Source of the DNA: Verrucomicrobia bacterium UBA6176
GTDB taxonomy: Bacteria; Verrucomicrobiota; Verrucomicrobiia; Limisphaerales; UBA9464
DNA: 64,000 nt
Assembly (NCBI GenBank): GCA_002422905.1
Contig: DITU01000103.1
Coordinates: forward strand, 1,961 to 65,960
Direction of reading: 5' to 3'
Numbering within the stretch: the first letter of the stretch is position 1; each line of letters starts with the position of its first letter. The notes under the pieces are model-generated. The model saw only the letters and a program-made list of their open reading frames with translations, was not told the DNA's origin and did no database searches. The translations under genes were made by a program, and so were the position numbers. Below are positions 10,411 to 19,677 of this stretch, in pieces.

Positions 10411-11096
10411 GAGGCGATCAGGGGTTTTGGGGTGGAGGAAAGGGAGGAGACGATGCGGCCGGCTTCGAGTTGGACGATGCGGGTGGCGAAGGGATGGGCT
10501 TCGTGACCGTGGGTTACCACGACGACGGTGCCGCCGGCGTGGCGGAAGGCGTTGAGTTGGTTGAAGACAATGGCGCTGTTGGCGGGATCGAGGCTGCCGG
10601 TGGGTTCGTCGGCGAGGATGATCGGGGGTTGCTTGGCGAGGGCGCGGGCGAGGGCGACGCGTTGGCGTTCGCCGGCGCTGAGGGTGGTGGGGAAGGCGTC
10701 CTGACGGTCGCTCAGGCCGAGGTCACGGATCCAGGTTTCGACGCGGGCGACGGCCTCGGGGGATGCGGAGGGAAGACCGGCGAGGATGTTGTGGCGGACG
10801 TCGAGGTAGGGGACGAGGTGGAAGAGTTGGAAGACGAACCCGATGGAACGGGCGCGGAATTGGGAACGTTCGGCGGCGGACAGGGAGTAGGGATTGACTC
10901 CATCGACGGTGATGGTGCCGGAGTTGGGCCGGAGCATGCCGGCGAGGGAGAGGAGCAGGGTGGATTTGCCGCAGCCACTGGGGCCCTGGACGACGACGAA
11001 TTCGCCGCGGTCGATGTCGAGGGAGACATCGACGAGTCCGGCCACGGCATTGGAGCGGGTGGCGAACTGGCGGGTGAGGTGGGAGCAGGAGATCAC
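10407..11096 (-). CDS. ABC transporter ATP-binding protein (MacB/LolD/FtsE-like)
   Basis: Walker A GPSGCGKST, signature LSAGERQRVALARAL, Walker B ILADEPTGSLD. Start is GTG at 11096 or TTG at 11102, the latter overlapping the upstream stop at 11099-11101. Confidence 0.85.
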   Translation of the reverse strand: MISCSHLTRQFATRSNAVAGLVDVSLDIDRGEFVVVQGPSGCGKSTLLLSLAGMLRPNSGTITVDGVNPYSLSAAERSQFRARSIGFVFQLFHLVPYLDVRHNILAGLPSASPEAVARVETWIRDLGLSDRQDAFPTTLSAGERQRVALARALAKQPPIILADEPTGSLDPANSAIVFNQLNAFRHAGGTVVVVTHGHEAHPFATRIVQLEAGRIVSSLSSTPKPLIAS

Positions 11097-11098
11097 GG

Positions 11099-12253
11099 TC
11101 AATCGGCGCGTAGGGTTTCGGCGGGGTCCTGGGTGACGGCGATCATGGCCGGAAGGAACGAGGCGAGGGCGGCGAAGCCGGGGGCGAGGAGAAGGGCCCA
11201 GGGCAGGAGCAGATGTTCGGGTTGGATACCGGCAGCGGTGACGGGGAACAGGCGTGGGCCGAAGCTGAGGGCGATGCCGGTGCCGGCGAGGTAACCGAGG
11301 AGGGCGGCGACGAGGCCGAGGAGGATGGCCTTGCCGAGGAAGAGGGAGGCGATGCGGGTGGAGCTGGTACCGAGGGCGCGCCAGAGACCGAGTTCCTGGC
11401 GGCGATTGCGGACGTTGAGGATGGCGAGGGTGCAGGTCCAGGCGGCGGCGACGAGCAGGGTGAGGGGAACGGCGAAGGCGGCGACGCGTTCGGCGGCCTG
11501 ACGTTGCCGGGCGCGGGCATCGGCCATGGTGCGCATCTGGATGACGCGGGATTCGGGCAGGAGTTTCTCGAGTGCCTGCCGCAACTGGGTGAGGGGATCC
11601 TGATCGGCGGTGAGGCAGAGGCAATCGATGGCCTTGATCTCACTGATGCGGTCGGGAAGCCCGAGAATGGCCTGGGCATCGCCGAGGGAAGTGAAGAGCC
11701 GGATGTCGTCGTCGGTGCCGGCCTCGACCAGGACCCGTTCCACGGTGAGGGCGCGTCCCTGGACATTCAGGGCGAGGCCGGGCTTGGCCTGGAGACGTTG
11801 GGCGAGCACATGACCGACGTAGGCCTTGCCATCGGGGATGTTGAAGCCCATGGGCTGTTTGCCTTCGCCGGGACCGACCACGGCGCGGCCGAGTCCAGTG
11901 AGCAGGGCTTCACGGCCTTCGAGCTGGATGCGGCGTTCGAGGGAGGGAGTGAGGTGATTGAAGCTGAGGAAGGCGCCGGCGCCGGCGGCGAGGCGTTGGA
12001 CGGAGTCGGCGGGGAGGGTTCCGGAGGAGTAACCCGTGAGGAAGAACTGCTCGGGATCGGTGTCGCGCGGAATGATGCGGAGATTGAAACCGAGATCGCG
12101 GACCACGCGCCGGGTCTCGCGTTCGGCGGCGGTGGTGAGGAGGCGGACGACAACCAGCAGGGCGACCGCGGCGGTGAGGGCGAACAGGGCAAGGCCGGCA
12201 TTGAACCGGTGATGCCGCAGCTCGCGAAGGATGAGGGAGACCGGGGAGATCAT
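11099..12253 (-). CDS. ABC transporter permease, FtsX/MacB type (1 + 3 TM with a large extracytoplasmic domain)
   Basis: Starts MISPVSLILRELRHHRFNAGLALFALTAAVALLVV. A loop of about 250 aa is followed by three C-terminal TM helices (AFAVPLTLLVAAAW, ILLGLVAALLGYLAG, LLLAPGFAALASFLPAMIAV). ATGA overlap with the upstream gene at 12250-12253. Confidence 0.8.
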   Translation of the reverse strand: MISPVSLILRELRHHRFNAGLALFALTAAVALLVVVRLLTTAAERETRRVVRDLGFNLRIIPRDTDPEQFFLTGYSSGTLPADSVQRLAAGAGAFLSFNHLTPSLERRIQLEGREALLTGLGRAVVGPGEGKQPMGFNIPDGKAYVGHVLAQRLQAKPGLALNVQGRALTVERVLVEAGTDDDIRLFTSLGDAQAILGLPDRISEIKAIDCLCLTADQDPLTQLRQALEKLLPESRVIQMRTMADARARQRQAAERVAAFAVPLTLLVAAAWTCTLAILNVRNRRQELGLWRALGTSSTRIASLFLGKAILLGLVAALLGYLAGTGIALSFGPRLFPVTAAGIQPEHLLLPWALLLAPGFAALASFLPAMIAVTQDPAETLRAD

Positions 12254-13446
12254 CGGGAGGAAGACCGGAAAAAGAGCCAGGTGCCAGCGGCGAGGGCGGC
12301 GGTGATGGCACCGGCGAGGACGATCCAGGCGCGTCGGGCGCCGGAGGTTTCCGCCGCAGCAGATCCAGCCGGGGGAACTCCGATGGTAGCCGGCGGGGCA
12401 GGAGTTGTGACGACCTCGGAAGTGTCGGTGGGGTCGGAGAGATCGGTGGGAGGGGTGGAATCGGAGGGGTCGACGACGGGTTCCTCGATGGATTCCTCGG
12501 AGTAGCCGAGGGCCTGGGAGGTCGCGGGGGTGCGCTTTCGTTGATTGGCCTGGGGACCGCGTTCGATGATCCGGCTGACCTCGGCGCGGACGACGGGGTT
12601 TTCGGGGTCGAAACCGAGGGTGCGGGCGGCGGTTTGCTGGAGGGTTCGATCCCAACGTCCGGGGAGGAGAGGACCGCTGAGCCAGGCGCGATCGAGTTCG
12701 CATTCGCAATCCTGGCCGATGAGGACGAGGCGTTCGCGGAGGGCGGTCTGGGTGATGAGCGGGCCTTCGAGGGTGGAACCGAGACGACGACCGCGACCGA
12801 AGACCAGGGCCATGCGGGGTGAATCGGTGGGGGCGGGGTCGAAGCCGAGACCCCAGAGCAGGACGGATTCGGCGGCTTGTTCAGCGGGCGAAAGGCTGAG
12901 GAGGACGGGTGGGACATCCATGGGCTTGGCCATGGTGGGAAGGAGCCGGGTGATGGCCTCGATGGCGGCCTGGGCGGCGGCGCGTGCGTTCTGGTTCGCG
13001 GTGGAATCGGAACCTTCGATCAACAGGACGACGGCGTAGGCGCGGAGGGTTTCGCGGAAGAGCCGGTCGCGGGCTGGGGAGGAGGCGACGGATTCGAGGA
13101 GGCGAAGGGCGTCGGCTGGGGCGGACGGGTCGAGACGGGCGATGTCGAGGGTGCGCCGGTCGGAATCGACGAGACGCAGGCCGGGACCCTGACCGGGAGC
13201 CGGGGCGGGTCCGTTGGGATCGAAGGCGATGTTGGAATCGAGGAGGAGGGCGGCGGCGGCCTGTTGAAAGGTCTGGCGCAGGGTATTGGGAAAGGCGGGA
13301 TCAGCGACGAGTTCGAGCCGGTAGGCGGAGGTGCCGAGGTCGATGAAGCCGGTGTCGCGCACCGAATAACGGCAGGCAACGGCGATGGAATGCGGACTGA
13401 TCGCGAGGAAGAGTCCCAGCAGGAGGATGAAGTGGCGCCCCGACAT
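12250..13446 (-). CDS. Hypothetical secreted / C-terminally membrane-anchored protein (CRYSVRDTGF motif)
   Basis: ATG 13446 gives MSGRHFILLLGLFLAISPHSIAVACRYSVRDTGF (signal peptide). Internal DCECE motif. A disordered P/S/T/D/E-rich linker precedes a C-terminal TM helix AWIVLAGAITAALAAGTWLFF. I recognise no domain. Confidence 0.6.
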   Translation of the reverse strand: MSGRHFILLLGLFLAISPHSIAVACRYSVRDTGFIDLGTSAYRLELVADPAFPNTLRQTFQQAAAALLLDSNIAFDPNGPAPAPGQGPGLRLVDSDRRTLDIARLDPSAPADALRLLESVASSPARDRLFRETLRAYAVVLLIEGSDSTANQNARAAAQAAIEAITRLLPTMAKPMDVPPVLLSLSPAEQAAESVLLWGLGFDPAPTDSPRMALVFGRGRRLGSTLEGPLITQTALRERLVLIGQDCECELDRAWLSGPLLPGRWDRTLQQTAARTLGFDPENPVVRAEVSRIIERGPQANQRKRTPATSQALGYSEESIEEPVVDPSDSTPPTDLSDPTDTSEVVTTPAPPATIGVPPAGSAAAETSGARRAWIVLAGAITAALAAGTWLFFRSSSR

Positions 13447-13460
13447 TTCGACCTGAGAGA

Positions 13461-14246
13461 CTACAAGCCGGCGCAGTCCGGACAATCCACAATCCGGTGG
13501 AGTCGCAGCATTTTCACACGATAGGAACGCAGATCCCACGTGAGGAGGCGGGATTCGAGGGTGGGAGTGATCCCGGTGACGAGTTTGATGGTTTCGAGGG
13601 CGGCGAGGGAGCCGGCGACACCGGGTACGGCGCCGAGGACGGGGAAGCGACGGGTCCAGGTGGTACTGGGCTGGGGATAGAGACAGCGGAGACAGCCGGA
13701 TCGGCCCGGGATGAAGGAAGTCAGGTGCAGATCGAAATCATGGACGGCGGCCTCGACCATGGGTTTCCGGGAGGCCATGGCGTGGTGATTGAGGAGATAC
13801 CGTTCGGAGAAGAGGGGGGCGCAATCGACGACGACATCGGCCTGGGCGACGAGGCGGGCGACGTTGTCGGGTTGGATGTTGTGGGGTTCGGCGACGATTT
13901 CGAGGCGTGGGTTGAGGGCCTTGAGACGGGCGACGGCGCTGTCGATGCGGGGTTTCCCGATGTGATCATGGGTCATCAGGAGCTGGCGATTGAGGTCGGA
14001 GGGCCGGAGCAGGCCGCCATGGGCGAGGATGAGACGTCCGACACCGGCGGCGGCGAGTTCGAAGGCGACCATCCCGCCGAGGCCGCCGACGCGGGAGACG
14101 AGGACAGAGGCGCCCTTCAGGCGGCGTTGGGCGGATTCGCTGAAGCCGGAGACATCGGACTGCCATTCGTAGGTGGCGATTTCCTCCGGGGAGAGCTCGG
14201 GCAGATCGGGATCAGGTGCGGAGGGAACGGGATTCGATGTGGCCAT
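13461..14246 (-). CDS. ThiF/MoeB/HesA-family E1-like adenylyltransferase
   Basis: Nucleotide-binding loop VSRVGGLGGMVAFELAAAGVGRL. Zinc motifs GCLRC and CPDC at the C-terminus. Proposed ATG 14246 (MATSNPVPSAPDPDLPELSPEEIATYEWQ) overlaps the upstream ABC ATPase gene by 35 nt. Confidence 0.8.
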   Translation of the reverse strand: MATSNPVPSAPDPDLPELSPEEIATYEWQSDVSGFSESAQRRLKGASVLVSRVGGLGGMVAFELAAAGVGRLILAHGGLLRPSDLNRQLLMTHDHIGKPRIDSAVARLKALNPRLEIVAEPHNIQPDNVARLVAQADVVVDCAPLFSERYLLNHHAMASRKPMVEAAVHDFDLHLTSFIPGRSGCLRCLYPQPSTTWTRRFPVLGAVPGVAGSLAALETIKLVTGITPTLESRLLTWDLRSYRVKMLRLHRIVDCPDCAGL

Positions 14247-14862
14247 CGGTGAGGACGAGGATGCGGTCGGCGAGACGTTCGGCCTCGGACCGGTTGTGGG
14301 TGATGTGGAGCAGGGTGATGCCGGTGCGGGCGCGGATATCGGCGAGGACCTGGCAGATATCGGACCGGGTTTCGTCGTCGAGGGCGGAGAGGGGTTCGTC
14401 GAGGCAGAGGACGGACGGTTGGAAGGAGAGGGCGCGACCGAGGGCGACGCGTTGGGATTCGCCGCCGCTGAGGCCGTGGGGACGGCGGTCGAGGATGGTA
14501 TCGAGCTGGAGCCAGAGGCTGAGTTCGGCGACGCGTTGGCAGATGCGGTCAAGGGGCCAGCGCCGGAGTTCGAGGGCGAAGGACAGGTGTTGTCGGACGG
14601 TGAGATGTTCGAAGAGGGCGCCGTCCTGGGGGACGAAGCCGAGACCGCGTTGGCCTGGAGGGGCGAGGGTGACATCGGAGCCATCGACGAAGATGCGGCC
14701 GGCGGAGACGGGACGGAGTCCGCAGATGGCTTCGAGGAGGGTGGTCTTGCCGGAGCCGGTACGGCCCATGAGGGCGGTGTGGCTGCCGGTGGGGATCTCG
14801 AAGGAGACCCTGGCGAGGGAAAAGGTGCCGGCATGAACGGTGACCTGGTCGAGGGCGATCAT
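14212..14862 (-). CDS. ABC transporter ATP-binding protein, ModC-like (short, no TOBE domain)
   Basis: Walker A GRTGSGKTT, signature LSGGESQRVALGRAL, Walker B LCLDEPLSALD. Sits next to ModB-like and ModA-like genes. Confidence 0.8.
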   Translation of the reverse strand: MIALDQVTVHAGTFSLARVSFEIPTGSHTALMGRTGSGKTTLLEAICGLRPVSAGRIFVDGSDVTLAPPGQRGLGFVPQDGALFEHLTVRQHLSFALELRRWPLDRICQRVAELSLWLQLDTILDRRPHGLSGGESQRVALGRALSFQPSVLCLDEPLSALDDETRSDICQVLADIRARTGITLLHITHNRSEAERLADRILVLTDGHIESRSLRT

Positions 14863-14863
14863 G

Positions 14864-15748
14864 TCAGCTCGGGGGGTGGGAGTGGGTGGCGGGGAGGCCG
14901 AGGGTGCGGATGAGGACGAGGACGGCGACGGCGGCGAAGATCATGAGGAGGGAGACGGCGACGGCGGCCTCGATGTTGCCGATGGAGAGTTCGAGGAAGA
15001 CGGTGGTGGGAAGGACCTCGGTCTTCATGCGGGTGGCACCGGAGAAGATGAGGATGGGGCCGAATTCACCGAGGGCGCGGGCCCAGGCGAGGGTGGCGGC
15101 GGTGAGGATCCCGCGGCGTGCGGAAGGGAGGACGACGCGCCAGAAGGCCTGGGAACGGGAGCAACCGAGGGTCAGGGCGACCTGTTCGTGTCGGGGACTG
15201 AGTTGTTCGAAGGTGGCGCGCATGGTGCGGACGGCGAAGGCGCAGGCGACCATGAACTGGGCGAGGATGATGGAGGGAATGGCGTAGGTGATGGGGAAGA
15301 TCCGTTCGAGGGCGCGGAGTGGTGGGGCCTGGAACAGGATGAGGAGGCTGAGCCCGATGACGAGGGGAGGCAGGACGATGGGGATGTCGAGGATGGCATC
15401 GAGGAGGGCGCGCCCGGGGAAGCGGAAGCGGGCGAGGAGATAACCGACGGGAACGGCGACCCAGAGGGAGAGGATGGTGGTGAGGGTGCAACTCAGGAGG
15501 CTCAGGCGGATGGAGTACTGGATCTCGGGACTCTTGAGGGCGCGCCACAGGTGGCCGGGGGTGGTGTAGAAGAGGTCGGCTGCGACGGTGGCGAGGAGGA
15601 GCAGGACGTAGGTGCCGGCGAGGATCCCGAGACACAGGTAGAACACCCTGTCCGAACCGCCCCGTGGGAGCGGAGTTTGTGGAGCGGGCTTGGAAGTGGA
15701 CGGGGACGGATCACCGGGCATCGGGAACCTTCCATCGGAAACCGGCAT
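14864..15748 (-). CDS. ABC transporter permease, ModB/CysTW type
   Basis: Multi-TM protein with the EAA-type loop region TLGCSRSQAFWRVVLPSARRGI. ATG at 15748, with an alternative ATG at 15721. Overlaps the upstream ModA-like gene. Confidence 0.8.
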   Translation of the reverse strand: MPVSDGRFPMPGDPSPSTSKPAPQTPLPRGGSDRVFYLCLGILAGTYVLLLLATVAADLFYTTPGHLWRALKSPEIQYSIRLSLLSCTLTTILSLWVAVPVGYLLARFRFPGRALLDAILDIPIVLPPLVIGLSLLILFQAPPLRALERIFPITYAIPSIILAQFMVACAFAVRTMRATFEQLSPRHEQVALTLGCSRSQAFWRVVLPSARRGILTAATLAWARALGEFGPILIFSGATRMKTEVLPTTVFLELSIGNIEAAVAVSLLMIFAAVAVLVLIRTLGLPATHSHPPS

Positions 15749-17213
15749 TGAGGAAACGGTCGCGGGACGCCTGGGCGCGAAGCTTTTCGTAGAGGCGCGA
15801 CATCAGTTGGGCGTGATCGGATTCGAGGCCGACGGCATAGGGTTGGATGGCGATGGCACCGGGGCTGGAGACGGCGATGACGTCGAGGTGATCGAGGACC
15901 TGGGAAGCATTGACGGCGTAGACGAGGGCGACATCGAGGCCGCCGGAGCGGAGTTGGTTGACGAGGAGATCGCCGGTGGGGGATTGGACGGAGACATTGC
16001 CGGAGACGGATTCGTGGAGGCCGACATTGCGGAGGAGACGGGCGGTGAGGGCGCCGAGAGCGCTCTGTTGTTCGTGACAGAGGCCTACCTTGAGGCCGGG
16101 TCGGGCGAGATCGGCGAGGCTGGAGATTTTGGCCGGGTTGCCTTTCTGGACGAGGAGGACGAGGTCGGTTTCGGCGAGGGCGACGGCGGGTTGGAAGCCG
16201 GACTGGACGGTTTCCATGAAGGAGACATCGCAGGCGAAGTAGGCGTCGGGCCGTTGCCCGGCGCGGATCTGGGCGGTGAGGATGCCGCAACCATTGTAGA
16301 CGCGGGTGACCTGGACCCCTTCGCGCAGTTCGAATTCGCGGAGGGATTCCTCGATGGCGACGCGGTTGACGGTCCCGCTGTAGAGGAGGACGGAAGGGTT
16401 GGGTTGCCAGACGTCACCGGTCACCGGGGTGAAACCGGCCGTGGCGAAGTGGGGCAGGCCTCGGTCGCGTGCGGCGAGGTAGCGGGCGAAGCGAAGGGCG
16501 TCGGTGGGTTGATCGCAGGAACGGAGGACGCAGACCGAGACGTGGGACGGGTGGGGGACGAGTTCGGCGGCGGGGACGGCTTCGAGTTCCGGGTATTGGC
16601 GGACGGTGGCATCCCAGAGGATCCCGGCGTCGACGGAGCCGATCTTGATGTCATTGGCGACGTCGGTGACGGTGGGTTTGAAGACGAGGGCGCGGGTGGA
16701 AAGGGCGTCCCAGGTGCCGGCCTGGGAAAGGGCGGAGCGGGTGAGGGAACCGCTGGCGGTGGCGTCGGGATTGGGGAGGGCGACCCGGACACCGGGTTGG
16801 AGGAGGCTGGAGATGCCGGAGACCTGGCGGGGATTGCCTTTGGGAACGCCGATGACCGCGGTCATGCGGGCTAGTGGGAGGACTTCGTCGATGAGGTTGT
16901 TGGAACGGGCGAGGTCGACGAAGGAAGAATCGGCGGCGATGAAGAGGTCGCCGCGTTGGGCGACGCGGAGGTTGTTGAGGAGGGTGCCGGAGCCTCCGAA
17001 CTGGAGTTGGATGGGGGTGCCGTATTCGCGTTCGTATTCGCGGGCGGCGGCTTCGACGGGGGCGCGGATGCCGGCGGCGCAAAAGACGACGAGGGGACGG
17101 GAGACGGTGGTGCGGGAGGTGTTGGAGGGACTGGATTGATTCCAGACCATCAGGGCGATAAGGAGCCCGATGGCTCCGAGGGAACCGAGGATGACGCCGC
17201 GTGCGGAAAACAT
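15711..17213 (-). CDS. Tandem (duplicated) ModA-like periplasmic substrate-binding protein
   Basis: Two consecutive ModA-type halves. The first is LVVFCAAGIRAPVEAAAREYEREYGTPIQLQFGGSGTLL...DAGILWDAT. The second is VLLYSGTVNRVAIEESLREFELREGVQVTRVYNGCGILTAQI...DVALVYAVNA. N-terminal signal anchor VILGSLGAIGLLIALMVW. ATG 17213; the ORF is open to a GTG at 17258. Confidence 0.75.
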   Translation of the reverse strand: MFSARGVILGSLGAIGLLIALMVWNQSSPSNTSRTTVSRPLVVFCAAGIRAPVEAAAREYEREYGTPIQLQFGGSGTLLNNLRVAQRGDLFIAADSSFVDLARSNNLIDEVLPLARMTAVIGVPKGNPRQVSGISSLLQPGVRVALPNPDATASGSLTRSALSQAGTWDALSTRALVFKPTVTDVANDIKIGSVDAGILWDATVRQYPELEAVPAAELVPHPSHVSVCVLRSCDQPTDALRFARYLAARDRGLPHFATAGFTPVTGDVWQPNPSVLLYSGTVNRVAIEESLREFELREGVQVTRVYNGCGILTAQIRAGQRPDAYFACDVSFMETVQSGFQPAVALAETDLVLLVQKGNPAKISSLADLARPGLKVGLCHEQQSALGALTARLLRNVGLHESVSGNVSVQSPTGDLLVNQLRSGGLDVALVYAVNASQVLDHLDVIAVSSPGAIAIQPYAVGLESDHAQLMSRLYEKLRAQASRDRFLNAGFRWKVPDAR

Positions 17214-17285
17214 GAGCCGGAAACAGGGTGTGGTGGTGTCCCATGGAGATCCTGCCACCGCTCCGGCGAGCCTTTCATGGGGCGT

Positions 17286-17852
17286 TCAGCGTGGCCAGCG
17301 TACGTGTTCGAAATCCGGTGTCGGTCGGGTGAAGATTCCTTCGGGGACCGCATTGGAATCGATGGAAAGGAACTCGATGCGGTAGGTGACCCCGGCGCGG
17401 AGGAGGAAGGTCTGGGGGAGGATGGGCGTCTGGTCGGTGACGGGGTTCCCGGGACCGGGTTGGGCGCCACCGAAACCGGCCACGACGGGGGTCTGCTTGG
17501 ACCTTGGAGTGCCTGGGGCGAGGGGATCGGGTTGACGCAGGACGGCGGTGACGGCGAGTACGGCGAGGCCGGCGGCGATGAGGGCATTTGCGCCGGCGAA
17601 GGCGGGTCGGGTGCGGAGGGAGTCGAGGAAGCGTGTGAAGGGGGACGCGTTGCGACGGGCCTGGGTCTCGGCCTCGATCTGGCGCCGTACCTGGCGTTGG
17701 AAGTCCCGGAAGAAGCCTGGCGGCGGTGTTTCGTGGCGTTTGAGGGCGAGGAGGCGACCGACGGCCTCCAATTGGGCTTCGGATGTTTCCGGATTGGGTT
17801 CCGGGTGGGTGGCCGGGGATGTTTCCGGATCTCTTTCTGGGGTGCTTTCCAT
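17286..17852 (-). CDS. Putative anti-sigma factor (single-pass membrane protein)
   Basis: Starts 3 nt after the ECF sigma stop. Central TM helix ALIAAGLAVLAVTAVL. The call is based on position and topology, not on a recognised domain. Confidence 0.5.
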   Translation of the reverse strand: MESTPERDPETSPATHPEPNPETSEAQLEAVGRLLALKRHETPPPGFFRDFQRQVRRQIEAETQARRNASPFTRFLDSLRTRPAFAGANALIAAGLAVLAVTAVLRQPDPLAPGTPRSKQTPVVAGFGGAQPGPGNPVTDQTPILPQTFLLRAGVTYRIEFLSIDSNAVPEGIFTRPTPDFEHVRWPR

Positions 17853-17855
17853 GGC

Positions 17856-18515
17856 TCAACGCAAATAGTCCGAAAGCAGCGCCTGCAATTGCTGGCGTGC
17901 GTAGAACAGTCGTGAACGGACGGTCCCGGGATTGCATTCGAGGATCTGGGCGATCTCGTCGTGGGGCATTCCCTGGATGTCGTGCAGCGTCACCACCGTT
18001 CTGTGTTCCTCCGACAGCCTCATCATGGCCTCGTTCAAATGCTGGCCGAGTTCGCGGAGGTTGACGTCCCGACGGGGTGTCTTGTCGGAGATGAGCTGGA
18101 CCAGGCCGGGATCGTTTTCCGCGTTGAAATCGAGATCGTTGAGGGAGAGGTGCTGGGTGCGTTGCCGACGGGATTTGAGGTGATTGAGGGTGTGATTGAC
18201 GGCGATGCGGTAGACCCAGGTGTAGAAGCTGGAATCGCCCTTGAAATTGCGGAGGGCCTTCCATGCCTTGACGAACGCCTCCTGGGCGAGGTCGGTGGCG
18301 TCCTCGTGATTGGAGGTCATGTGGTATACCAGTGCGTAGATCCTTTCCTGGTAGCGCACGATGAGTTCGTCGAAGGCGTCGAGGTCACCGGACTGGGCGC
18401 GCCGCACCAGTTGCCGGTCCCCTGAATCCTCGGAGGGAGGAGAGGAAATCCCCGACAAGGGGACGGGGGCGGGGATGTGCGCGGGGATATCCATGAGCGG
18501 TGCGACTCCGGTCAT
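17856..18515 (-). CDS. ECF-type RNA polymerase sigma factor (sigma-70 family)
   Basis: Region 2 reads FDELIVRYQERIYALVYHMTSNHEDATDLAQEAFVKAW and FYTWVYRIAVN. Region 4 reads VVTLHDIQGMPHDEIAQILECNPGTVRSRLFYARQQL. Confidence 0.85.
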   Translation of the reverse strand: MTGVAPLMDIPAHIPAPVPLSGISSPPSEDSGDRQLVRRAQSGDLDAFDELIVRYQERIYALVYHMTSNHEDATDLAQEAFVKAWKALRNFKGDSSFYTWVYRIAVNHTLNHLKSRRQRTQHLSLNDLDFNAENDPGLVQLISDKTPRRDVNLRELGQHLNEAMMRLSEEHRTVVTLHDIQGMPHDEIAQILECNPGTVRSRLFYARQQLQALLSDYLR

Positions 18516-18521
18516 GGGCGG

Positions 18522-19568
18522 TCAGACACCAAGGGCCGCGGTTTGTTGCGTAAGAAATCCGGGCAGGGCATCCAGCGCGCGGGATTCGGCGGAATCAGGC
18601 AGGATGGTGAGGGATTCGCGGGCCTGGACGAGGAGGGAATCGATGGTGCGCCTGGATTCGCCGAGGGCATCGACCTGGTCGAGGAGCGAGCGGACGCCGA
18701 CGAAGTAGCAAGGGTCCCATGCTTCGAGCCATTGGATCATCTGCTGCTGATCGGTGGGGGAAGCGCGCTCGAAGAAGACGAGGAGGGGCAGGGTGACCTT
18801 GCCCTTGGCGAGGTCGGTGCCGAGGGATTTCCCGGCATCATCCTCGGCTCCGTACAGGTCGAGGATGTCGTCGTAGATCTGGTAGGCGGTGCCGAGGAGG
18901 ACGCCGTAGCGACGGAGGGCGTTTTGCTGGGGGGTGCTGGCGCCGGAGAGGCGACCGCCGAGGTCGCAGGCGAGGGCGAACAGTTCGGCCGTCTTCATTT
19001 CGAGCACCTTGAAGTAGTCGGTGCGGTCGAGGTTCCAGCGGCGGCGCCGATGGGACTGGAGGATTTCGCCGGCACAGACCACATGGGTGGAGAGGGCGAC
19101 GGCGCGGCAGATGTCGACGGTGGCGAACCCGGCGGCGAGCTTGAGGGCGTGGGCGAAGAGGCAATCCCCGACGAGGACGGCGATGTCATTGCCCCAGCGG
19201 GTGGCGAGGGTGGAGCGTCCGCGGCGGAGGGAGGCGCCATCCATGATGTCGTCGTGGACCAGGGTGGCCAGGTGGATCATCTCGATGATGGCGGCGAGGG
19301 AGATGTGATCATCGGTCAACCGCCCGCAGGAGCCGCCGGCGAGGGCGACGAGAGCGGGTCGGAGTTGTTTACCCTGATTGTCGAGGGCGTAACGGGCGTA
19401 CTCGGCGATCTCGGGTTCGAAATCGCGCACCTGATCGACGAGGCGGACCGAGACATCGCCAAGGAAGGATTTGACCGGCGACACGACTTCCTCCCAAGCG
19501 GCGCGAACGCGGCCATTGGGATCGGTGAGGATGCCTGAGGTAAGGAATTGGGGCGCGGGAACCGCCAT
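18522..19568 (-). CDS. Long-chain trans-polyprenyl diphosphate synthase (IspB-like)
   Basis: Two aspartate-rich motifs, LVHDDIMD and QIYDDILD, plus GKQLRPALV. Length 348 aa. Confidence 0.85.
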   Translation of the reverse strand: MAVPAPQFLTSGILTDPNGRVRAAWEEVVSPVKSFLGDVSVRLVDQVRDFEPEIAEYARYALDNQGKQLRPALVALAGGSCGRLTDDHISLAAIIEMIHLATLVHDDIMDGASLRRGRSTLATRWGNDIAVLVGDCLFAHALKLAAGFATVDICRAVALSTHVVCAGEILQSHRRRRWNLDRTDYFKVLEMKTAELFALACDLGGRLSGASTPQQNALRRYGVLLGTAYQIYDDILDLYGAEDDAGKSLGTDLAKGKVTLPLLVFFERASPTDQQQMIQWLEAWDPCYFVGVRSLLDQVDALGESRRTIDSLLVQARESLTILPDSAESRALDALPGFLTQQTAALGV

Positions 19569-19677
19569 TGTGTGGGCACCCTATGGTGGGTCGGGTGGGG
19601 GGTCAACCCGGCTGGCGTCCGGTTGGTGTCCGGGGCTTGGCGGAACGGATGGGGATGGGCAGGGTGCGGGTGTGTCG

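Noticed and set aside
19642-19677. GGAAC box upstream of the kinase-associated sigma gene as an ECF-type promoter
   Set aside because: I found no convincing -10 element at the expected 16-17 nt spacing. A single pentamer in GC-rich DNA is not evidence.
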